In this document: in pieces, positions 54,510-64,000 of the stretch
Layout: every line of letters begins with the position of its first letter
How positions within the stretch are numbered: position 1 is the stretch's first letter
Source of the DNA: the human T2T-CHM13v2.0 reference genome, Homo sapiens
NCBI RefSeq assembly: GCF_009914755.1
Contig: NC_060931.1
DNA: 64,000 bases
Direction: 5' to 3' (one strand)
The notes under the pieces: generated by a model
Told to the model about the DNA's origin: nothing
Databases searched by the model: none
Seen by the model: only the letters and a program-made list of their open reading frames with translations
Position numbers and translations under genes: made by a program

Positions 54510-55049
54510 CCATTACTGCTGGGCAGGGCGGGAATTCCGCTTCCCACTGGGCCTCCACAGATACCCTCCTGGCAGGGAGGGGTAGAAGTGCCTCATAACT
54601 CCTCTACATGAGGCCTCCACTGATACCAGGGTGAAGAGGTGGCCTCATTTCCACTGGGTCATGGTGAAAACCCTGAAGCTCCACCAGGCCTCCTCTAATG
54701 GCACCCCAGTTGGGGGTGGGAGTGGAAGTCCAAACTCCCTATGTGGTCTCTACTGGTACTGGGGAGGGGGATGGTGGAGGAAAGTGTGTGTCATTACTGC
54801 CTGGTGCTCCCTACTCAGCATTCTTTCACAGCACCTTGGACAGCATGTTGGGAGGACCTCAATGTAGCCTAGCAGAGGGTTACAGTCTAGGCTTCCTAGT
54901 AGGACTTGTTTAGCATAGATGGGAATAGGGCCACAGTTTTTTTTTTTTTTTTTGTCATTTTAGGAGTGGTTATTGTCTAAAAGTTTTCTGTTTTACTAGG
55001 CTGACCCTTTCCTGGTTCTTTGGCTTGACAGATCTTGCTTTTGTTGAGG

Positions 55050-55083
<34 letters not shown>

Positions 55084-55345
55084 GTTTCTGCCTGTTGGTG
55101 TTTGTGGCTTACCAGCTTATTCAGCTCAAAGCCTGGGATATATGAGGCAAACAAACAAAAAGCACAGAGAACTATTACTATGTTGTTCCTCAGGTTCCAA
55201 ATCCCCCATCTGGTCTGCCTTCTTCTCTCCACCTTTCAATGTTTCAATATTTCTTTTATATGTAATGCCAAGAGGTTTTCATTTGATTTAGCTGGAGGAA
55301 TAGGGGAAAGTATGTCTATTACATCTTCCCAGAAGCAGAAGTCTC
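54510..55345 (-). mobile_element. Old L1 (L1MD/L1M4-type) 5'UTR
   Basis: Repeated ggcctccactga/ggcctca units; ctgggatatatgaggcaaa; terminus catcttcccagaagcagaagtc. Confidence 0.7.
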
Positions 55346-56057
55346 CTGTTTTGTTTTAAGAAAAAAAAATCTGACAGCATGTGCTCATTCTCAGACCAAA
55401 AAGACAAACAGAATGACAGGGAGTTATATATAATGATAGGTAGAGGGGAAAAGTGGGATCCATGCACTCAAGCGTTTTTCACTTTTGTATTTGTCACTTT
55501 TTTGACAGTTCATCAAAGTTACAAGAAGGAAAGCTAAGAATATACAGTACTACAGATTCAAGGAGTTTAGTGGATTTGGTGGTGGGTGAATGAGAAAGCT
55601 CTCCACTGTTGGATTCTATTGTCCCCAGTAGAATAGAAGGGAATCCACCAATTGAGAAAGGAGTCGCTCGGGGAAGGCTAGGGATTTGCAGAGAGTAAGG
55701 TGTGAATCAGCTGCTTTGAAAGGTGGTAGAATGAACTGATAGAGAAATAGAGTAGGATTGCTGAGCATACTGAAGCCACATACATTTCGAAGGAAATCAG
55801 TCAGCATAGTTGCTTGTTACCTTCCAGAACTAGGTACAGAGTAGGTGGGTAGATGTAGGTTTAATCAGTAGTTGTTGCCAGATTAAATATTAGAAGGGGA
55901 AAGGAATAAGGACATGGAAGGTGTGTGCAAGGGAGTGATTATGATGATGGAACACAGGATCAGTACCACAGCATGGCACAATTGCAGAAGGCACATTGCA
56001 TTTTGCAACACAGTTACCCTGCATAGATTCTAATCTGGATAAAAATGAATTTAAGTT

Positions 56058-56357
56058 TAGGCGTGGTGGCTCAGGTTTGTAATCCCAGCACTTTGGGAGG
56101 TGGGAGAATCACTTGTGCTCAGAAGTTCGAGACCAGCTTGGGAAACATAGTGAGACCTCATCTCTACAAAAAATAAAAAACGTAGCCAGGTGTGGTGGTG
56201 CACATCTATAGTCTCAGCTACTCATGAGGCTACAGGCCGGAGGATCACTTGAGCCCAGGAAGTTGAGGCTGCAGTGAGCTGTAACTGTGCCACTGCACTC
56301 CAACCTGGGTGACAGAGCAAGACCCTGTCTCAAATAATAATAATAATAATAATAATT
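56058..56357 (+). mobile_element. AluJ with an (AAT)n tail, inside L2 remnants
   Basis: AluJ diagnostics; TSD atgaattt. Confidence 0.9.
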
Positions 56358-56599
56358 TTAAGATGAATTTGAGAAGGTGGACAGTGAACATGAACATATG
56401 AGGATGAATGGGTTGGCAGTCCTAATGGGGTTGAATAACTCTTAACATAGAACTGATAAATTAAAGGAACTCAAGGACAGGAGATGTTGGCCATAGGGTA
56501 GATATTTGAAATTTAGGAGGTGAAACAGATCTTGGAAATGAAAAGCTCTAGGGTATGAGAATGGGTAGCTGAAGTGGGGTGGATGGAAGACCATTGGCA

Positions 56600-59500
56600 A
56601 ACTGGATACTCTTACCAACCCTCCTATTGAGAATAATTAAAAACAATGAATAAAATATAGAAATATGTTTTAAAATGCATCAATGAACTGGTAATAAAGT
56701 AAGGCCAAAACAACTCAAAGCAAGGCCCTAGCAAGATGACAGAGGCTCTAATGCTGGCTTCTGTACTGAGCAGTTTTGACAGATCCAGGGGATCTTGAGC
56801 TCCAGTTTTCACAGCCTTGTGAGATGTGGACAATAGGTCACAAAGCCTAGGTCCAGCCCAAAGAAGGTAGTCTAAAAGACAACATCCTACATAAAGCTCG
56901 AAAGGGTATACCAGAAACAAAATTGCCCCCACAGCAGACAACAAGAAAATTTGCTTATCTTAAAACTTGGCACTGGGTAAACAAGAAGGAAAATCTCCCC
57001 AAAAGTTTATAAGTACAAGCCAACCCTTATGTGTGAGTTTTGCTGCCTGAGTTTTACTACCTGGGTGGTCTGGAAAAACTTCAAGCTGAGAATTTAGTTT
57101 AAAGTGGCCCTCCTTCAGTAGTACCCGTGGGCATCTGGCAGAAACAAATGCAAATCCTCTTTAAATGAACTCCCTTCAATCTAGGCTTCAAAGAATTCCC
57201 ATAGAAATATGAATCCACAGTCAAGAAACAAAAGCACCGTGAATGATACCCAATACAAATAATAAGCTTCTGAATATCACCCACAAAAAACTTTAGTCAG
57301 GTACTAGAAAGATGATACAAAATTTATATACAATTTGTAAGGATTAGATAGGCAGAAAAGTTACATAGTCATCATTCGCAGATGATGATTTTTTTTGCAT
57401 AGAAAATACAAAAGAATCTGCATACAAATTAGAATTAAGCCTTTTTAGCAAAATTGCTACTTATAATGTTAATAATTTAAAAATGAATTTATTTATAGCC
57501 ACAAATAAAAACAGGTAACATTTACAATACTATAAACATATTAAATACCTAGGGATAAATTTAACAAAATATGTATAAGATCTGTACACAAAAAAATCAT
57601 AAAATTATTGACAGAAATTAAAGGACGTTTAAATAAGTAGAAAGAAATACTATGTTTATGGATAGGAAGATTCAATATTGTAAAGTTTTCACTTTTGTTG
57701 TAATTGGCCCATATATTTAATTCAATTACACTCAAATTCCAACAAAGTGGGGTTTTTTGTTTTGTTTTGTTTTGTTTTTCTTTTCGAGGTTTTTTTTTTT
57801 TTTTTTTTTTTGAAGGAGGACGGGTTGAAGAGTGGATAGTGGAACTTGGCAGGTTGCTTGTCAAATGTATCAGAGCTGGCTGATCAGAGCTGAAAATCAG
57901 CTGGGAAAGCATAGGCTTTAAATACGTGATGCTGAAACAACTGGTTATTCCTATAGGAAAACTCAATTTGAACCCCTATCTCACACCACATGCCAAAAAA
58001 TCTATTCTAGATGGATTAAAGACTTAACTTTAGGTAGAGCTTTAAAACTTTTGAAGGATAATATAAGAGAATGCCCTTTTCAATTAAAGGAAGGGAAGGG
58101 TTTCTGAAGCTATATTGAAAAGCGCAGATAGTAAAGGAAATTATTAAAGTCAACCACATTAAAGTTAAGAACTTCTGTACATAAAGAGATACCTAAAGAG
58201 AGAAAAAGATGAGCCACAAACTGGGAGAGCGGATTTGCTATACCTTTGTGTCAAAGAATTAGCATCCAGACTACATAAAAACTGTAAGCCCATAAAAAAA
58301 ATACAGCCTAATTTATTTTAAATGGGAAAAGGATTTAAATGGGCCTGTCACTGAAGAGAAAACACAAATGGTGAACAAACATACGAAAATATGCTCAACT
58401 TCATTTGTAATCAGGGAAATGCAAATTAAAACCACAATGGCATATTATTTCAATCCCATTAGTTTGACAAAAGTTTTAAAATGTCAAATAACAAGAATGA
58501 GAAAAGATGTGGAACCACTGAGTTCTTATACACTGTTAATGAGACTGTAAATTTTTTCAACCATTTTGGAAGAAAATTTGCCATTATCTAAAAGGTTGAA
58601 AATGTGCATGCCTTTGATCCAGTAATTTCGCTTTTGATATTTGGCCAAGAGAAATTCTTATACGCAATGTACTGTGATACAGGTACAAGGATGTTCATAG
58701 TAGCATTACTTGTAATAGCAAAATCTATTCATTAACAGGAGAATAGATTTAAAATATGGTATATTCATATAATTGAATACTATATAACAGTAAAAATGTA
58801 TACACTGTAGCTATAGGCAACAACATGGATGCATCTCAGGAATACATTGAGTGGAAAAAGCAAGTCACCGAACGATCTATGCAGTAAAATTTCAATTTAT
58901 ATAGTTTGAAACCATGCAAAATCACATATTATATATGTTCAGGCATATGTGCGTATGGAGACAAAAGTGACTCCATCTTGGATGCTAATCAACAATGTTG
59001 ACTTCTGATTAGCCCCAGTCCCATGAATGCCTCCTGATTTCTGTTTTAGTTACTGTCCTTAGTGTAAAAACATGTACTCCTACTTTTAGATCAAAGCAAC
59101 CTTGATGTTATCGCACAAATTATAGGCTGTGACGCACATAGCATTCTCACCTGTTCTGGAGGGTTGCCTTTCATTGTCTTGCTGGAGCACGTATACCTTT
59201 TCCCTGTGGTATAAAGCTGTGGTTCTGAGGATTAACAATGCGAAGATCTGCTTGTCTTGTGGCCACCCAAGACCACGCTTCTGTTTGTAAGTTCTCTTAA
59301 TAAATCAGCCAATACTGACAAGCTGGATTTATTTGCCTCCTTCTTTGGTTTCTCGGCTCCTTTGGCATTTGGGGGCCACTTGGCATATATGGCCCTTTCA
59401 TGGAAAAATATGCATGTGGTAAAATACAAACAAAATAAAGGGAATGATGAGTAAAGAAGGATGAGATTGGAGAGGGACGCATAGAGGATTAGATGTGGTG

Positions 59501-59610
59501 TTTCTTAGGATAGTGGCTACAAAAGTGATCACTGTATAGTTTTTAAAAACACTTAAACATTCATTTTATAAATATTTTTGTATATATTTAATATTTAATA
59601 AAAATAAAAT
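56600..59610 (+). mobile_element. L1ME-type element (5' remnant, ORF2, 3'UTR) interrupted by LTR47
   Basis: cattcgcagatgatgat; tggataggaagattcaatattgtaaag; aatcagggaaatgcaaattaaaaccacaatg. Confidence 0.8.
58954..59407 (+). mobile_element. LTR47A-like solo LTR
   Basis: ggagacaaaagtgactccatcttggatgctaatc...tataaa...aataaa...ggccctttcatggaa. Confidence 0.8.
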
Positions 59611-59897
59611 TCCAAAGATCTTTGGGGTTGAGGAGGTAAGAGAGGTTTATCACAGCATTATTTCACGCTGGAAATTGGGAAACAGCAAAGGTCACATAAG
59701 AGACTGTTTAAATAAATTAAGGTGCGTCTATACAATGGAAGAGCATGCAGCAATGACAGATGATGTGTTAGAAATGTACGTACTGATAGGAAGGATATTC
59801 CTGGTAGAGCAGGTGAAAGAAGAAGATTATAGAACAACATTGTATCTCATTTGTATAAGGAACATGTAAAAATACACATAGATAAGAGTATTAAAAG

Positions 59898-60042
59898 TGA
59901 CGCCTATAATCCCAGCATCTTGGGAGGTCGAGGTGGGAGGATTGCTTGAGGCTGGGAGGTCAAGGCTGCAGTTAACTATGATTGTGCCACTGCACTGCAG
60001 CCTGGGCAACAGACTGAGACTCTGTCTCAGGAAAAAAAAAAA
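59898..60042 (+). mobile_element. FRAM/FAM free Alu monomer
   Basis: Single monomer ending gagactctgtctcagg plus poly(A); flanking aaaagtg on both sides. Confidence 0.8.
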
Positions 60043-60310
60043 GTGTTTAGTAGGTACAACGGAAAGTTAACAATGTTGGGATCTGGGAGTTGATGTTAGG
60101 ATTTATTTAATTTATTTTCTTAATTTCTCCTAGTTTTCCACCACAGACATTATTACTGTTATATCAAAACCATGTCAGAGAAAGAATAACAAAGAATGTC
60201 TAAGAAAAATCAGACAGAAGAATGTAAATATAAAATATTTGGAAATGACCTTCACAAAATATGCTTCTTATTCTCTTCTTAGAGCTAAAAAAAGACTTGA
60301 TGATAAGTAG

Positions 60311-60311
<1 letters not shown>

Positions 60312-60345
<34 letters not shown>
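60312..60345 (+). repeat. (TG)17 microsatellite
   Basis: Direct reading. Confidence 0.95.
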
Positions 60346-60347
<2 letters not shown>

Positions 60348-61153
60348 GTTTCTGGCTAAATATAATGAAGTTAAACTCTTCCCAATTTAATTTGTAGGAT
60401 TAAAACAATCCCAAACAAAATCCCAGTGGATTTTTTTAATTGATAAAATGTTTCTAAGGCTCATCTGGAAGAATAAATAGACTATTAATAATATAATTCT
60501 GAAAATTAAGAAATAAGAAGTTAGACTTGCTCAAAACGATATTGAAATGTATGAAAGTGACAACCCTTTCCACAATGATAGTTAAATAGGAAGCTCTTAA
60601 ACATCGAATAGAAAGTGCTTAGGCATCTCTTTGTACTTTTAAAAACAGTATATGATGAAGTAATTGTAACAGAGAAAGTGATGAATTATTTAGTAAATGA
60701 TGTTGGAATAATGGCTAAAGAAGGATAAATTTTCACCTTAAACTGTATTCTGAAATAAATTCTAGATAAGTTAAAGAAATATAAAAAATTAAAAGCATTA
60801 TAAACTACAAGGGAACACAGAAAATATGTAACAGATTCCGGATGTCATTTAAGTCACTAAATCCAATGACTGCAGCACCAGTTGATAGTCTTGACTGCAA
60901 ACGCTTTTTTTATTCCCTTTGCTTCCTTTGGCTTTCATAACACTTCCCTAATTTTTCTCTTACCACTTTGGCCACTACTTCTCCAGTGACTTTGCAGGAT
61001 TATCCTCCTCTGGGGACCATTATATGTTTGAGTTTCTCTGGGCCCATCCCTTCTCTCCACTGTCTTCCAAGGATTCTCATCATGCCTATGGCTGTAGTTA
61101 CCACCTCCTGTCAGGTGACTCTCAAACTCCAGCCTAACCATTTCCAACTTTTC

Positions 61154-61660
61154 AGTATTAGTCAGGATCCATGCAGGAAATGTATGGCACATTCAAAATG
61201 GGTAATTAAGAAGACTTTAGTTAAGAGATCATTTACAAAGGGTTTAGGGAAGGCAACAAAGGATAATGGTACAGTATCTCAGGGAACATTACTGCTTTAG
61301 GCCTAAACAAGGAAGCAGGTGGAAATGATTACTGAATGAGAGTGAGAGAGAGGAGGAGGTGGCAAAGGAGTGGTACAAGTAGGAAAAGGTGGGGAAGAGG
61401 GGCAGGAGAAGGAAGGGGAAGAGAGAATGCAGTATGGAGATAATATGGAATAAATAATCAGCCTCCACGCTCTGCCTTCAGTCTTCTGCTTCTACCTCCC
61501 ATTGGCTGAACCTAACTAGAAGACAGAGAACATGGGAACCAGGTGCTAAGGTTACATGGGATGTTGATTCATTTCATACAGGTCAGTCTCTCTGGATACA
61601 GCAGAATAGAGAAGGGTGGAGAGTGGCTCTATGTGGGAAAGCAGAAGATATCCACCTAGC
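61154..61660 (-). mobile_element. Old MaLR LTR (MLT1M/N-like) inside L2
   Basis: gtattagtcaggatcc...atggcacattcaaaatgggtaatt...cccattggctgaacctaactagaag. Confidence 0.55.
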
Positions 61661-61844
61661 ATTCACCTCCTACCTGGCTTCTTCTCCAGGACATCCCAAG
61701 AGCATTTCAAACTCAACGGGTCCACAATTGAGCTCATAAACTGCCCACTGCATACCCTCTCCTCTCAAAAAACAAACTAACAAAAATCCAAACTGGTTCT
61801 TTGTCAGTGTTTTCCTTCTTTTTTGTTAACAAGTTTATTTTCTT

Positions 61845-62072
61845 GCATTTCTTATTTTAAAAATTTTACTGTATATATTTAAGGTGTACAACATGATGTT
61901 TCGATATACATATAGAAAGTAAAAAGGTTACTATAGTCAAGCAAATTCACATCCATTATCTCACATAATTACTTGTTTTTTGTGTGTGGCACCTGAAATC
62001 TACTCTTTTAGGGAAAATCTCAAGTACAATACAATATTATTTCATGGAGCCCTCCTGTTGCACATTAGATCT
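61845..62072 (-). mobile_element. L1MA 3' end
   Basis: gtatatatttaaggtgtacaacatgatgtt...atagtcaagcaaattcacatatcc...cattagatct. Confidence 0.85.
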
Positions 62073-62119
62073 TCTAATGTTATCTTATGTCATCAAATGC
62101 TATCAATGTCAGGATTGAA

Positions 62120-62940
62120 TTCTCATTACCATGGAATGGATTAAACTGGGGCAAGAGTAGGAGCAAATAGATCAATGAGGAGGCTGTTCCATTAGTGCAA
62201 GCAGAAATGATGATAGAATGGACTAAAGCAGTGTTGGTAAATATGAAGAGAAATGGACAGATTAAAGTGGATAGATTAAAGAGATATGTAGAAAGCAAAA
62301 GTAATAGGATTTGGGGGTTTGATAGAATTGGATGTTGGGGGTAAAGGTAATATGGTTGTCAAAGATGACACCATGGATTTTAGGAAGGAGGCAGCACTCT
62401 TTAACACGGACTTATTAACCCTGCATAGTCAGCTTCTCCCAGCTCCATCCCCCAACCTCTCAGCCTTTCCAGCTTCATCTTATACCAAGACCCTCTCAGG
62501 ATCCGGTGGCGTTTACTTTCTTTTATCCCTCTTATTTCCTGTGCTTGTTCCTGAGCAGGACCTTTGCACCTATAGTTCCTACTACCTGTAATGCCCTTAC
62601 CCAGCTACCTGACTCCTTTTCATCATTCATAGTTCAATCACCGTTTCCCCAGGGAAGCTTCCCCTGATTTCCTTAGTTAGTCCTAATTTTCCTATTAGAG
62701 CTCTCATATATTGTGTACCTTCTCTTTGTAGGATCTGTCCACTGGCAGCTCACACTTATTTGTGTGGCTTTTCAGTTTAATGTTTGCCTTACCCTCGGTC
62801 CTCCCACTAGGATATAAACTAGGATATAAGACAGGGACTGTATCTTTTTTGGCTCGCTTGTGTATTATAGCCTGGAACCCTGTGGTTGCTACGCACAGAC
62901 ACACACACACACACACACACCTATTAGTGAATGAATAACA
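62120..62940. mobile_element. L2 fragments in both orientations, with (CA)n near 62899-62920
   Basis: aggaggctgttccattag...; ggacctttgcacctatagttcc...agggaagcttcccctga...tagtgaatgaat. Confidence 0.6.
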
Positions 62941-63399
62941 GTAAAAGCAATGGAATATATCACAAAGAAAAATACTGGTATATTTAATTACATTAAGACT
63001 ATATTCTTCTCTGCATTAAATAAGACTACATAGCAAATAATGAACAAGTGATAAACTTGGAGACATAGTCATAATAAATAGACAACAAGATTACACCCTC
63101 AACAGAGTTCTTACCACATCAACAATAAAAACACTGATAATGCCTAATAGGAATTGGCAAAAACCAAATAAAAAACTCCAAAAATCCCATGAAGAGAAAG
63201 GGTTCTGACAGCTTCTCACTGTAAAAATTGGAAGCCCAAATCAAACTAACCTAAACACTAAGGAAATAATATATTTTTGCATGTAACCAGAAAGTCAGGT
63301 TGACTTCTCTGAGGTTCACAAGATAACACCCAGCAGCACGTGGGGACAATACGCTTTCCTGTTCACATTCATCAGAGAAGTGGAACCTCTCTCTCTCTC

Positions 63400-63630
<231 letters not shown>

Positions 63631-64000
63631 TAGAATCTCTTTTCTAGCAACAAAATACAAGTGCTTCTTCTCAGCCTTATTGACTCAGATTAGGACCAAC
63701 CTGGATTAAATCTCTTGTCACAGGAATGCTATGTTTTGATTTTGAACCTTTCACTAGCCAAAGAGATTGGATTACTATGCTTGGTTCAATAGTAATCAGG
63801 ACTCATTCCGAGAGCTGGGGTCAATTCCAGAAACTACATTGTTGTTGAGGAGTGAAACACGATGTCCACTGTAATTGGCCATAACCATAGGAAAGAAATG
63901 GTCAACTTTAGGATTGAGGGAGATAGAAGAAAATAAAGACAGCTGTGAGGCATCATTTTTCAACTCAAATTTAAAGCTGGCTTTTAAAATTACACCATTC

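Overview
Human/primate-type genomic DNA that is AT-rich, CpG-poor and repeat-dense, with no CpG island and no supportable protein-coding exon; it reads as intergenic or deep intronic. The two gene-derived features are a 5'-truncated processed pseudogene of cyclin B2 (minus strand, ~29603-30932), inserted inside an MLT2 LTR, and a degenerate U6 snRNA retrocopy (~27010-27104). The rest is about 20 Alu/FLAM/FRAM copies, old L1M/L2/MIR fragments, MaLR/ERVL solo LTRs (THE1 x2, MST x2, MLT1, MLT2, LTR47), MITEs (Tigger3a, MER5A, MER20, MER58, MER81) and microsatellites. Nearly all listed ORFs are repeat-derived or random. From memory only, the U6 plus CCNB2 retrocopy combination resembles the 7p21.3 UMAD1-GLCCI1 interval; this is unverified. 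I cannot demonstrate a new biological system. The best candidate is a THE1 LTR retaining a GC box, DUX4-type motif, TATA box and splice donor, pointing antisense into the CCNB2 retrocopy ~1.2 kb away. Repeat subfamily calls and comparisons with parent sequences come from recalled consensus sequences, and boundaries of old repeats are approximate.
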